From an uncultured Actinomycetes bacterium (lineage in GTDB: Bacteria; Actinomycetota; Thermoleophilia; RBG-16-64-13): 64,000 nt of DNA. The stretch covers positions 544,001-608,000 of the forward strand of contig CAVPLM010000003.1 of the NCBI GenBank assembly GCA_963706025.1, read 5' to 3'. The notes beneath the pieces were generated by a model. It ran no database searches. It was not told the origin of the DNA and saw only the letters and a program-made list of their open reading frames with translations. Position numbers and translations under genes: made by a program. Of this stretch, positions 29,764 through 40,027 are shown one piece after another. The first letter of the stretch is position 1, and every line of letters starts with the position of its first letter.

Positions 29764-29808
29764 GTCGGAGTCGGTCGGTTCTCTTTCTGTCAACCGACCG
29801 ACTCCGGC
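29764..29808 (+). terminator. Strong stem-loop after the binding-protein gene (attenuator or mRNA stabiliser)
   Basis: GTCGGAGTCGGTCGGTT pairs with AACCGACCGACTCCGGC (17 bp with one G-U); no U-tract. Confidence 0.65.
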
Positions 29809-29880
29809 CCAAAGCGGCGCCGATACGGTCGTGGGGACCGGATGGCGCGGTTCTTGGAGGTCGGCACTAAGGAGGTGATG

Positions 29881-30819
29881 ATGCAGGAAACGACGAAGGC
29901 ACGTCAGTCGGCCCGAAAAGGGCGCCAGTCCAGTCTGAGCGACACGATTCTTGATGCAATCCGGCGGCGGCCCGGTCTGGGCCAGTTCCTCCTGCTTTTC
30001 CCGGCCGTGTTCTACATGGGCTTTTTCATGGTGATTTCGGTTGGTGGATTGCTCGTCTTCAGTTTCATGAAGAACGACCCAACTACTATGACCATGAAAC
30101 CCCTTTGGAACGTCGAGAATTGGCGACAGTTCTTCACCCAGATCACCAACCTCTCGACCCTGCTCTTCACAGTCAGGGAGACCGTGATCGTCCTAGTCAT
30201 CTGCTTGCTTGTCGCCTATCCGATTGCCTACTTCACGGCTCGAATGGTAAAGGACTCGCGAATACAAATCGCCATTCTGCTTCTGTCCATTATTCCCTTC
30301 TGGACCAGTTACACCGTCAGAATGGTTGCCTGGCTCCCGATACTCGGGGAAACCGGACTTGTCAATAGCGCTCTCATGGGGCTTGGAATTCTGAAAACGC
30401 CTTCTCAGATGTTCATGTACACCGAGGGTGCGCAGGTCTACGTGATGGTATTGACCTATGCCCTCTTCTGCATCGGGCCCATATACTTCTCAATATCGCA
30501 AGTCAGCCAAGATCTGCTCGACGCCGCAGCCGACCTTGGGGCCAATGGGTGGCGGACCTTCGTCCGCGTGATTCTGCCGCTGTCGGTCCCGGGAATTGTT
30601 ATCGGATCGATCTTCGTGTCCGCGCTGGTCATGGGCGAGTTCGCTACCGCGAGGGTAATAGGGGGCACGCAGAACCCCCTCCTCGGTAACAATCTTGTCG
30701 CCCAAGCTTCGCTGCTGCAGTTTCCTCAGGCGTCGGTAACGTCGGCGGTGCTTGTCGTGACATCCTTGGCCTTCGTGTTTATCTTGACTCGCTTTGTGAA
30801 GATTCGAGCCCAGCTCTAG
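29881..30819 (+). CDS. ABC permease (PotB-like)
   Basis: AYPIAYF, IPFWTS..VR..AW and EAA loop LLDAAADLGA. Confidence 0.9.
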   Translation: MQETTKARQSARKGRQSSLSDTILDAIRRRPGLGQFLLLFPAVFYMGFFMVISVGGLLVFSFMKNDPTTMTMKPLWNVENWRQFFTQITNLSTLLFTVRETVIVLVICLLVAYPIAYFTARMVKDSRIQIAILLLSIIPFWTSYTVRMVAWLPILGETGLVNSALMGLGILKTPSQMFMYTEGAQVYVMVLTYALFCIGPIYFSISQVSQDLLDAAADLGANGWRTFVRVILPLSVPGIVIGSIFVSALVMGEFATARVIGGTQNPLLGNNLVAQASLLQFPQASVTSAVLVVTSLAFVFILTRFVKIRAQL

Positions 30820-30965
30820 TGGGGGGTCTGTGATAACCGACAGCGATTTGCCCGGCCGTAGCGTCACCACAACGTGCGGGGGCATCCCTGCTAGGTGCCC
30901 TGTTCTCCGATAGTCGACGCAACCACAGTGCAAACCGCCCTAAGGAAGTTCTTCGGAGGGGCAGC

Positions 30966-31817
30966 ATGGCTAGAGTAGTCAAATGGGCATTGGGGATCTT
31001 CACCGGTGTGTTTATCGGGATGATGTATCTACCCTTTATTTCGATGTTTGTCCTATCCTTTCAGGACCCAATGGGTGGATCGACCTTCCCCATGAAAGGG
31101 TTCAGCCTATATTTCTACGAACGGCTTTTCGGCCTGACCGATTTGCGAGTGACATACGCTGAGGAGGGAACACTGAACATCGGCTTCACCGCTCCGCTCC
31201 TGCGTTCGTTAGCGCTGGCGATCATGACCCTCTGTATCACCGTGGTCTTGGCAACCCTGGCCGCGCAGGGCTTCAGGAAGCCTTTCAAGGGATCGGGGGT
31301 CGTTTTCTACACGTTCCTCCTGGGAATCATTACCCCAGGCGTGAGCGTAGGACTCGGTCTGGCGCTGTTCTCCCAGTATCTGGGTATTGACAGATCTTGG
31401 TGGGGCACCACCCTCGTTGTCCACATTCTGTGGACGCTCCCGTTCGCTTTCCTGATCATGCTGATCATGTTCAACCGGTTCGACGAAACGGTTGAGGAAG
31501 CAGCCCGGGTTCTGGGGGCCAACGAGTGGTCCACGTTCCGGACGGTCACTTTGCCCTTGATGGGGCCGGGGATCATGAGCGCGGCCCTTTTCTCGTTCAC
31601 CCTGTCTTTCGACGAACTGGCGCGCAGTATGTTCCTTACGGGAGTTGACCAGACCTTGCCTTTGACAACGTTGCAGGCCTTGTCGCTCCGGATTACGCCA
31701 AAGCTCTACGCGTGGGGTTCGGTTATCACGCTGATTTCACTGGCCATTCTCGCGGTTTATCTGATCTACATCGCACGATCGTTGCGCAGGGAGCGGAAAG
31801 GACCTGCGCCTGGGTAG
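30966..31817 (+). CDS. ABC permease (PotC-like)
   Basis: VEEAARVLGA and FTLSFDE. Confidence 0.9.
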   Translation: MARVVKWALGIFTGVFIGMMYLPFISMFVLSFQDPMGGSTFPMKGFSLYFYERLFGLTDLRVTYAEEGTLNIGFTAPLLRSLALAIMTLCITVVLATLAAQGFRKPFKGSGVVFYTFLLGIITPGVSVGLGLALFSQYLGIDRSWWGTTLVVHILWTLPFAFLIMLIMFNRFDETVEEAARVLGANEWSTFRTVTLPLMGPGIMSAALFSFTLSFDELARSMFLTGVDQTLPLTTLQALSLRITPKLYAWGSVITLISLAILAVYLIYIARSLRRERKGPAPG

Positions 31818-31845
31818 ACGGCCCTGAGGCCGTGCCAGTCGCCGG

Positions 31846-33831
31846 GTGCTTGAGACTCTGAATTCAGAGAGAGGGGTGGAGACAACGAAAGCCGTGGATA
31901 GCAGGTTTCAGAAGCTATTTGAACCCATCAATCTCGGGCCCGTTCGACTGAAGAACCGGATCGTTATGCCCGCGATGTTCACCAAGTATGCCACTGCCTT
32001 CGGAGAGATGACTCAGGAGTACATCGATTTCTACGTTGAGCGGGCCAAGAATGGCGTTGGACTGATAGTTGTCGAGAATACCTGCGTCGACTGGCCCGCC
32101 GGCAAGGTTGCTAGTAATCCGCTCCGGCTAGACGACGAGAAGTTCATCCAAGGACTCCACGAGCTGGCCGAGGCGGTGCATCCATATGGCGCGAAACTTG
32201 CCACCAATCTCCAACACGCCGGACGTCAGTCCAGCCCGATCTATACGGAGGGCCATGAACTGCAATCGGCCTCTTCGGTGCCCTGTGAGTCGACGGGCGG
32301 TCACATCCCGCACGCATTGACTTTGCCCGAAGTCGAACAGATAGTCGAGAAGTTCGCTCAGGCTGTTCGGCGCACCGCTGCGGCCGGATTCGATATCGCT
32401 CAACTGCACGGGGCGCATGGCTACCTGATAAGTCAATTCCTGTCCCCGTTCACCAATAAGCGCAGCGACAAATACGGCGGAAGCTTTGAGAATCGCCTGC
32501 GATTTCCTCGAGAGATAGTTGCACGTGCCCGGGAGCTGGTTGGGAAGGATTTCCCGATAGAGCTTCGATTGAGCGGTGATGAACTGTTGGAGGAGGGCTA
32601 CGCCCTCAAGGACGGCGTCAGCATCGCTCGAGCCATGGTGGAGGCTGGTATTACGAGCATAAGCGTATCTGCGGGGATTTACGAACGTCCAACCGCCTGT
32701 TTTCCCACGATGTCGATGCCGCGTGCCGTTTGGTCGGAGATCGGCGCGGCATTCAAAGAAGCTTTGGACGTACCGGTCACGCTCGTTGGCAAGCTTGACG
32801 ATCCGATTGATGCCGTCAGAGTGCTGGAAGAGGGCAAGGCCGATCTGGTAGCCATCGGACGCCAGCATCTTGCTGATCCCGAATGGGCCAGGAAGGTTGC
32901 AGAGGGCCGAGTCGGCGACATACGCCCTTGCATCCACTGCAATGAGGGGTGCGCAGGGAACCTGGGCAAGGACTGGAGGGTAGGCTGCGACGTCAATCCA
33001 GCGGTCGGCCACGAGGTCGCATATGCCATCAAGGAAGCTCCCAAACGCAAGAAGGTTCTCGTGGCCGGCGGGGGGCCGGCTGGTATGGAAGCCGCCAGAA
33101 TGGCGGCCTTGCGCGGGCATCAGGTTATCCTCTTTGAGAAGTCGGACCAACTGGGAGGACTGCTCAACTACGCAGGAGTGCCTGACTTTAAGGACGACAT
33201 ACGCCGGTACAGACGGTATCTGGTTGGTCAGATGAAGGAACTATGGGTGGAAACACGTCTCGGCCAAGAAGTGACTCCTGCACTCGTTCAAGAGCACGAC
33301 CCTGACGTAGTCATAGTGGCGACAGGGGCGCAGCCGAAGGCTAATGCGATTCCTACGGCGTCCGGCGCCAAAGTGCTCCAAGCTATCGAGGTGCTCGGTG
33401 CGCCGATCCCGGAAGGTCGGTCTGCCGTGGTTGTTGGAGGCGGCCGGGTCGGCGTTGAGATTGCTCGGTACCTCGCCGAAAAAGGCAAGAAGGTCATGAT
33501 TGTAGAGATGCTGCCAGATTGGGCCTACGACACGGCGGGAGTCAACAAGGTAGAGATGATTGAGACGCTGGCGGCGCTTGATGTGCCCGTGCTGACGAAC
33601 ACGGCCGCAAAGGCGATTCGAATGGACGGGGTAGAGGTCGTGACGAACGGTGAGGAGCGGCTGCTTGCGGCGGACTTCGTCGTGACAGCTTTGGGCTTCA
33701 ACCCCGACCCGACTTTGGCTCAGGAGTTGGAGGGGATAGTGCCCGAGGTCTACTCCATCGGAGATCTGAATGGTGGAACGCGAATCTGGGGGGCTACTCA
33801 CGATGCATGGAGGGTGGCAAGAGCGATCTAG
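31846..33831 (+). CDS. Old-yellow-enzyme-family NADH:flavin oxidoreductase with 4Fe-4S and FAD domains (enoate reductase/BaiCD/BaiH-like); true start may be 31876 or 31894
   Basis: LKNRIVMPAM, LHGAHGYLISQFLSP, CIHCNEGC...C and GGGPAGMEAA. Confidence 0.92.
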   Translation: MLETLNSERGVETTKAVDSRFQKLFEPINLGPVRLKNRIVMPAMFTKYATAFGEMTQEYIDFYVERAKNGVGLIVVENTCVDWPAGKVASNPLRLDDEKFIQGLHELAEAVHPYGAKLATNLQHAGRQSSPIYTEGHELQSASSVPCESTGGHIPHALTLPEVEQIVEKFAQAVRRTAAAGFDIAQLHGAHGYLISQFLSPFTNKRSDKYGGSFENRLRFPREIVARARELVGKDFPIELRLSGDELLEEGYALKDGVSIARAMVEAGITSISVSAGIYERPTACFPTMSMPRAVWSEIGAAFKEALDVPVTLVGKLDDPIDAVRVLEEGKADLVAIGRQHLADPEWARKVAEGRVGDIRPCIHCNEGCAGNLGKDWRVGCDVNPAVGHEVAYAIKEAPKRKKVLVAGGGPAGMEAARMAALRGHQVILFEKSDQLGGLLNYAGVPDFKDDIRRYRRYLVGQMKELWVETRLGQEVTPALVQEHDPDVVIVATGAQPKANAIPTASGAKVLQAIEVLGAPIPEGRSAVVVGGGRVGVEIARYLAEKGKKVMIVEMLPDWAYDTAGVNKVEMIETLAALDVPVLTNTAAKAIRMDGVEVVTNGEERLLAADFVVTALGFNPDPTLAQELEGIVPEVYSIGDLNGGTRIWGATHDAWRVARAI

Positions 33832-33906
33832 AACTCGGTGGAGCTAGTCGCGGAGACCCCGGTTCGGGCGACGGTTCAGAACTAAACCGTATAGCAAGGA
33901 GCAACA

Positions 33907-34401
33907 ATGAAGGGGCCGACAGTGGCTTTGGGCACGCTGGCTCAGATCGGCGTAGTGGTGAGAGATCTGCAGAAGACTATCGATGAGTACTGGAACATTT
34001 TTGGCATAGGTCCGTGGAGCATTTGGAAATATGATCCCACAGTCGTTGAGGACGTGACCTACCGAGGTGAGCCCCACGAGTTCGCGTGGACGATTGCGCT
34101 GGCCCAGGATGGACCGGTTCAATGGGAAGTTATCGAGCCGCTCTGGGGGGAGAGTATCTACACGGAGTTTCTTCGGGAGCACGGAGAAGGTTTGCACCAC
34201 GTGGCCTACTTGGTGGACGGCGCCTGGAAAATCGTTGAAGACCTCAACCCAGTTGGGGTGACCGCGATTCAGAGCGGCTTCGTCAAAGGGCGTCCGTTCA
34301 TCTACCTCGATACAGAAAAACGGTTGGGGGCGTGCTTTGAGTTGATTGGGACAGGGGGCACACACCTCCCTCCCGACAGGGTTTACCCGAGCGCGGAGTA
34401 A
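33907..34401 (+). CDS. VOC/glyoxalase superfamily protein (methylmalonyl-CoA epimerase-like)
   Basis: QIGVVVRDL, WEVIEP, GEGLHHVA and FELI metal-site pattern. Confidence 0.85.
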   Translation: MKGPTVALGTLAQIGVVVRDLQKTIDEYWNIFGIGPWSIWKYDPTVVEDVTYRGEPHEFAWTIALAQDGPVQWEVIEPLWGESIYTEFLREHGEGLHHVAYLVDGAWKIVEDLNPVGVTAIQSGFVKGRPFIYLDTEKRLGACFELIGTGGTHLPPDRVYPSAE

Positions 34402-34479
34402 GCTGGAGCAGCAATCCGCCCGGCAGTCGCCGCACGTTTAAGATGGTGAGGATGTTACTGATAAGAAGGAGAGTGGATC

Positions 34480-34863
34480 ATGGGCAGGGAAGAGAACATC
34501 GCCGTAGTCGCGAAGTACACCGAGGCAGTCAACAAGCGTGACGCGGAAGGTTTCCTGTCTGTCTTTGACGCCGATTCCGTGTGGATCGATCCAATGGGTA
34601 CTCCACCGTGCGTTGGCCCGGAGCAGATCCTCCGTGGCATCCAGGGTTTCTGGGACGCCCTTCCCAGCCTTACGCTGACCCCCCTCAGGATCATCGCTGA
34701 TGGAGACATCGTGGTCAGCGAGGTGGCCTGCGACGTTGCCAACGCCGAGGGAAAGACAGCGCACATCGAGGCCGCTGACATATTCGAAATACGAGACGGC
34801 AAGATCAGGAACTGTCACGCCTACTCCGACCCCGCCTGGATTAGCCGCCAACTAGCCGGCTAG
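34480..34863 (+). CDS. NTF2/SnoaL-fold protein, ketosteroid-isomerase-like
   Basis: 127 aa; AVVAKY13..N..D..G...F..D...D37PMG and D100IF align with KSI Y14/D38/D99. Confidence 0.8.
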   Translation: MGREENIAVVAKYTEAVNKRDAEGFLSVFDADSVWIDPMGTPPCVGPEQILRGIQGFWDALPSLTLTPLRIIADGDIVVSEVACDVANAEGKTAHIEAADIFEIRDGKIRNCHAYSDPAWISRQLAG

Positions 34864-34960
34864 TGGGTGAAGTCGACTCTTCTGCAGATGTGATTCGCTT
34901 GCTCTGGAGGCAAGCCAGGGCTCGATGGGCTGTGGCCATTAACGAGGAGGTAGACTGATC

Positions 34961-36832
34961 ATGCCTAACGGTTACACCGGCAACATCCTTAGGGTTGACC
35001 TGACGCGTGGGACCTGGGCAACGGAGCACCCCGAGGAGATCTTCTATCGCACGCATCTGGGTGGTAGGGCGTTGGCCGCCTATTACCTGCTGAACGATGT
35101 TCCTGCTTCGGCCGATGCTCTTGGCCCTGCGAACGAGCTCGTTTTCGCTGTGAGCGTGACCACGGGTGCCCCGGTTCCGGGGCTCTCGCGCTACACGGTG
35201 GCGGCGAAGTCCCCTCTGAGTGGTCTGTATGGTGAGGCCGAGGCCAGCGGGTACTTTGGCGCCGAGATGAAGTGGGCTGGATATGATGCGATCATCTTCG
35301 AGGGATGTTCACCCCACCCAGTGTACCTTGCCATCGTCGATGGACAGGTTGAGCTCCGCGACGCTGCCCACCTATGGGGCAAGGACACTGGCGATGTCCA
35401 GGCGGCCATCTGGGAGGAATTGGGTGACAAAAAGGTGCAGGTTGCTCAGATTGGACCCGCAGGTGAGAACCTCGTTCGGTTCGCGTGTGTACTGTCAGGG
35501 CCCGTTTTTAGTCACGTGAACGGACGAGCTGGTATGGGTGCTGTCATGGGCTCGAAGAAGCTGCGCGCGGTGGCAGTCCGTGGTCACCAGAAGAACGCGG
35601 TTAAGGACAGGGAGGCGCTGAAGACGCTGGCCGCGTGGTTTGGACAGACCTGGAAGTCGAACCCTGACGATCTTCTACTACACGAGGTTGGCACCGCCGC
35701 CTACCTTTCGGCACTGGATGCAGCAGGTATCTTGCCTACCCGCAACTTCAGCGAAGGGACTTTCGAAGCTACCGATGCTGTCAGCGCCGAGGCCATGCGC
35801 CAGGAGCTGGTGGTGAGCAGCGAAGGCTGTTACGCCTGTCCTGTGCGGTGCAAGCATCCTGTGGAGTCGGATGGTGTCTACAAGATAGATCCGCTGTACG
35901 GCGGTCCGGAGTACGAGAGTCTGGCAGCTTTCAGTTCATCCCAGGGTGTATCTAACGTGGCCGCGGCAGCCAAGGCGAACGAGCTGTGCAATCGCTGGGG
36001 CTTGGACACGATCGGGGCGGGAGTCACGATTGCCTTTGGGCAGGAGTGCCTCGAAAGGGGCATCCTGAGTGAGGAGGAGGTCGGCGTCGAGTTGCGCTTC
36101 GGCAACGCTGAGGCAATGCTGACGATGCTTGAGCAGATCACTTTCCGAAGAGGTTTCGGCGACATCCTTGCCGAGGGAACGAAGCGCGCGGCCGAGAAGA
36201 TTGGCAAAGGTGCGGAGAAGCTGGCCATGCAGGTCAAGGGACAGGAGTTGCCGCTGCATGACCCGCGAGGCAAGAAAGGCGTGGGACTGGGTTACGCAGT
36301 ATCTCCCACGGGGGCGGACCATCTGCAGATTGAGCACGACGGTGCTTTTGCCGCTCAGGGCCTTTTTCTGGACAAGATCAGGCCGCTGGGGATCAATGAA
36401 CCTGTCGATGCCCTTTCTCTTGGACCCGAGAAGACGCGACTCTTCACCTACTTGCAGATATGGTGGAGTCTGCTAAACAGCCTGGATTGGTGCTACTTCA
36501 CTGTCGCACCCGTCCGTCACTTTGAAGTTGAACATGTGGCGCAGATCGTCGAGGCCTGCACAGGCTGGAACACTAGCACCTGGGAACTCATGAAGGTTGG
36601 AGAGCGCGCTCTGACGGAGTTGCGCCTGTTCAACCTGAAGCACGGCTGGAGCAGGAAGGACGATGCACTGCCTGATCGTCTGTACGAGCCGTTGCCAGGC
36701 GGTCCGATGGAGGGATTCAGGATGGACCGCGGGGAGGTGGAAGCGGCTATCGACGCCTATCACGGCATGATGGGATGGGATGAACGAACCGGTGTACCCA
36801 CAGGGGCGAAGTTGGCGGAGCTGCAACTGTGA
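34961..36832 (+). CDS. Tungsten/molybdenum aldehyde:ferredoxin oxidoreductase (AOR family)
   Basis: GYTGNILRVDL, AKSPLSG, IGPAGEN, GRAGMGAVMGSKKL, CYACPVRC, GPEYE and GLDTI. Confidence 0.93.
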   Translation: MPNGYTGNILRVDLTRGTWATEHPEEIFYRTHLGGRALAAYYLLNDVPASADALGPANELVFAVSVTTGAPVPGLSRYTVAAKSPLSGLYGEAEASGYFGAEMKWAGYDAIIFEGCSPHPVYLAIVDGQVELRDAAHLWGKDTGDVQAAIWEELGDKKVQVAQIGPAGENLVRFACVLSGPVFSHVNGRAGMGAVMGSKKLRAVAVRGHQKNAVKDREALKTLAAWFGQTWKSNPDDLLLHEVGTAAYLSALDAAGILPTRNFSEGTFEATDAVSAEAMRQELVVSSEGCYACPVRCKHPVESDGVYKIDPLYGGPEYESLAAFSSSQGVSNVAAAAKANELCNRWGLDTIGAGVTIAFGQECLERGILSEEEVGVELRFGNAEAMLTMLEQITFRRGFGDILAEGTKRAAEKIGKGAEKLAMQVKGQELPLHDPRGKKGVGLGYAVSPTGADHLQIEHDGAFAAQGLFLDKIRPLGINEPVDALSLGPEKTRLFTYLQIWWSLLNSLDWCYFTVAPVRHFEVEHVAQIVEACTGWNTSTWELMKVGERALTELRLFNLKHGWSRKDDALPDRLYEPLPGGPMEGFRMDRGEVEAAIDAYHGMMGWDERTGVPTGAKLAELQL

Positions 36833-36920
36833 GTCTCTGAACCTTTGGTTGCAGTGTTGACGTGCTCAAGCTGGTGCCCGGGAACCGAGGAAACGGAGCT
36901 CGAAAGAGGAGGGAAGGACC

Positions 36921-37550
36921 ATGGCGACCGATTTGGTCAGCCTCGTATCAGATTTGAAGGAGGAAGAGGCCCTAGAACTGGCTCAAGACAGACTAAACCG
37001 GGGGGATGACCCGCTCGCTATTCTGAACGATGCGAGAAAGGGCTTGGAGATCGTTGGCAAGCGTTTTGAGCAAGGGACGTACTTCATCCCAGACCTGGTC
37101 TACTCGGGCGAGATACTTCAGGGAATCTCAGCCATCGTCAAACCAAGATTGACCGGCGGGGCCGGCGGCGAGAAGATCGGCAAGTTCATTCTGGGAACCG
37201 TTGCCGGCGATATTCACGATATTGGCAAGGATATTGTTAAGTTCATGCTGGATATCAACGGTATTGAGGTCCATGATCTGGGGGTGGACGTCCCCGCCCA
37301 GAGATTCGTGGAAGCAATAAGGGAGACTGAAGCGCCCCTCGTCGGGCTGAGCGGGTTCCTGACCTTAGCCTTCGATTCGATGAGGGAGACGGTAGAAGCC
37401 ATCAGGCTGGCCGGGCTGAGAGACCAGGTGAAGATTCTGATCGGCGGCTTCCCCGTGGACGAGGAGGTCAGGGTCTATACCGGTGCGGACGCTTTTGGGA
37501 AGGACGCCACGCAGGCTGTGTCGCTTGCGAAGGCCTATCTAGCACTCTGA
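36921..37550 (+). CDS. Corrinoid (B12-binding) methyl-carrier protein
   Basis: Cap domain plus GTVAGDIHDIGK (DxHxxG), VGLSG and LIGG. Confidence 0.93.
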   Translation: MATDLVSLVSDLKEEEALELAQDRLNRGDDPLAILNDARKGLEIVGKRFEQGTYFIPDLVYSGEILQGISAIVKPRLTGGAGGEKIGKFILGTVAGDIHDIGKDIVKFMLDINGIEVHDLGVDVPAQRFVEAIRETEAPLVGLSGFLTLAFDSMRETVEAIRLAGLRDQVKILIGGFPVDEEVRVYTGADAFGKDATQAVSLAKAYLAL

Positions 37551-37581
37551 AGGTTTGGGAAACCGAATAGGGGGTTCTTAC

Positions 37582-38916
37582 ATGGAGGAGAAGACCAAAG
37601 CCCAGGAGATGTTGGATCTGTGGTGCTCCGCTCCCGGCATCGAATTCGTCGACTCTGAGGCTGAGGAGGCGTATAAGTCCAGGACCCGAAGGATCGCCGA
37701 CGCGATTCAACTCAAGAAACCGGATAGAGTGCCCGTCACTCCCATGTGGGAATACTACTACGGCGTCTACTCGAAGGTCAGCAGTTATGACTGCCTCTAC
37801 AACCCGGATATCGCCAGATGGGCAGTCAAAAAGACAATCACCGAACTGAAACCGGACGCGTTTGAAGCACCATTCAACTTCATGATCGGACCCGTGCTCG
37901 ACGCTCTTGGCGAGAAGGACCTGCTCTGGGCGGGTCATGGGTTAGACTACAACGCTGCGCACCAGTACGTCGAAGGGGAGCATCTCAAGGCAGACGAATA
38001 CGAGGCTCTTATTAACGACCCCAGTGACTGTATGATGAGGGTGGTCCTGCCTCGTGTCTGCGGCAACCTGAAGGGCCTTGAGGTCCTGGCCCCCCTGCGC
38101 AATACCTTTTTCACCTACGCCATGTACGGCCAGTTTGCTGGCCTGGGCACCCCGGAAGGCAAGGAAGCGCTGAGCGCCCTCATGAGGGCTGGAGAGGCTT
38201 CTCGGGCGTATGTGGACTGGGTCGCCGCGACAAGCCAAGAGATGTACTCTCTAGGCTTCCCGTGCTTCATCGGGGGCATCTGTTTTGCGCCCTACGACGC
38301 TGTGGCCGACTCGCTGAGAGGTACTCACGGCGCCATGATGGACATGTACCGTCGGCCAGAGCTATTGAAGGAGGCCTGCGAGAAGTTTCTGTGGGTGAAC
38401 TTCAATCTCGCCATGGCCGCTACAGAAGCGGCGAAGAACCCGATTGCCTTCATCCCACTTCACAAGGGCACGGCCTCCACCCGCGATGGCAAGGGCGGCT
38501 TCATGTCCCTAGGGCAATTCGAGGAGTTCTACTGGTACTACCTGAGAAGACTGATGATGAAGCTCATCGAGAACGGCAGAGTGCCCCATCTGCTCATCGA
38601 GGGTGACTACACGTCCCGGCTGGAGATCATCAAAGACGTGCCTCCGGGCACCTGCATCTACCACTTTGAAGAGGTAGACATCCCGAAAGCCAAGGAAGTG
38701 CTTGGCGACCGAGTCTGCCTGCAGGGCAAAGTCCCGATCCAGCTGATGTGGATGGGTACACCCCAAGACGTCAAGGACTACTGCAAGCATCTGATTGACG
38801 TCTGGGGTGAGGGCGGGGGTTTTATCATGGACATGGTGATGGCCTCGGAGCAGATCAGGCCGGAAAACATGAAAGCCTTAATTGAATTCACGAAGGAATA
38901 CGGCGTGTATCGATGA
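37582..38916 (+). CDS. UroD/MtaA-CmuA-fold protein, putative substrate:corrinoid methyltransferase
   Basis: KKPDRVPV, SLRG..G.MMDMYRRPE, FIPLHKG, FEEFYW, K.KEVLG...CLQG and GGGFI; flanked by corrinoid and MeTr genes. Confidence 0.8.
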   Translation: MEEKTKAQEMLDLWCSAPGIEFVDSEAEEAYKSRTRRIADAIQLKKPDRVPVTPMWEYYYGVYSKVSSYDCLYNPDIARWAVKKTITELKPDAFEAPFNFMIGPVLDALGEKDLLWAGHGLDYNAAHQYVEGEHLKADEYEALINDPSDCMMRVVLPRVCGNLKGLEVLAPLRNTFFTYAMYGQFAGLGTPEGKEALSALMRAGEASRAYVDWVAATSQEMYSLGFPCFIGGICFAPYDAVADSLRGTHGAMMDMYRRPELLKEACEKFLWVNFNLAMAATEAAKNPIAFIPLHKGTASTRDGKGGFMSLGQFEEFYWYYLRRLMMKLIENGRVPHLLIEGDYTSRLEIIKDVPPGTCIYHFEEVDIPKAKEVLGDRVCLQGKVPIQLMWMGTPQDVKDYCKHLIDVWGEGGGFIMDMVMASEQIRPENMKALIEFTKEYGVYR

Positions 38917-38965
38917 TGAGGAAGCCTCGATTGAGTCAAGGCCTGGCGATCCAAGAGGGGTAGGC

Positions 38966-39772
38966 ATGCTTCTCATCGGTGAGAAGATAAATGGCACCCG
39001 CGAAAGCGTAGCTGACGCCATTCGAAGCAGGGAGAAGGGATTCATCGCGGATCTGGCGCTGCGTCAGGTAGAGGCCGGAGCAACGTACCTTGATGTGCAT
39101 GCGGGGACGCGCCCGGAGGATGAGCCGGCAGACATGGTGTGGCTGATCGATGCCATCCAGCGGGTCACCGATGTCACGCTCTGCCTCGACAGCGCAAACC
39201 CCCGTGCCCTGGTTGCCGGCCTAGACGCGGTGAAGAAGAAGCCCATGATCAACTCCCTCAGTGGCGAGAAGAATCGGGTGGAGAATGTCCTCCCCTGGGC
39301 ATGCAAGTACGAGACCGAGCTTGTTGTCCTGGCAATGGATGACCGGGGGATCCCCAAGTCAGTCGATGAGAGACTCTCCATTGTGCGCTCCCTCGTGGAA
39401 CTGACCCGTGATGGGGGGCTGCCGGACGAGAAGCTATACATTGATCCCCTAATCACAGCTGTTGCCACCGACACCGGAAGCGGCATCACAGCGTTTGAGA
39501 CGATGCGGCGAATTAAAGAGGAGTTTCCCGAGGTCCATCTCACAGCCGGACTGAGCAACATCTCCTTTGGCCTCCCGGTCAGGCCGATTGTTAACCAGGC
39601 CTTCGCGGTTCTGGCCATCGAGGCTGGGTTGGACAGCGCGATCCTCGATCCTGAGGATGTTGAGCTGCGAGGCATCATGTACGCCGCCGAACTGGTGCTC
39701 GGCAGGGACAGACGCTGCCAGGGTTATACCAACGCCTATCGCGCCGGGCTCATAGGCAGGCAAAACGGCTAG
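38966..39772 (+). CDS. Methyltetrahydrofolate:corrinoid methyltransferase (AcsE/MeTr-like, pterin-binding)
   Basis: LIGEKINGT, LCLDS, MINS, YIDPL, GLSNISFGLP and LDSAILDP. Confidence 0.92.
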   Translation: MLLIGEKINGTRESVADAIRSREKGFIADLALRQVEAGATYLDVHAGTRPEDEPADMVWLIDAIQRVTDVTLCLDSANPRALVAGLDAVKKKPMINSLSGEKNRVENVLPWACKYETELVVLAMDDRGIPKSVDERLSIVRSLVELTRDGGLPDEKLYIDPLITAVATDTGSGITAFETMRRIKEEFPEVHLTAGLSNISFGLPVRPIVNQAFAVLAIEAGLDSAILDPEDVELRGIMYAAELVLGRDRRCQGYTNAYRAGLIGRQNG

Positions 39773-40027
39773 AACCTGGCTCAGTGCCCTTGGATCGGAT
39801 GCGAGATCGAGACCCTCCGACGGCCTTTTGTCGGCCGTAGCCCGGCCGGTTCCCCCAGCGGGCCTTGGCTACCTCGGTCAAGAAGGTAAGGATGAACTCC
39901 TCCTGGTAGTCGTAGAGATCGCAGGGGATAGGCGAGGAAGAGGACGGGTCGTGTGCCAGGCAGTTCGCCCGAATCCATCCGACGACGACTACTGAGTCGA
40001 TGACAATGAAGAAGGACTCAGTCCCGA

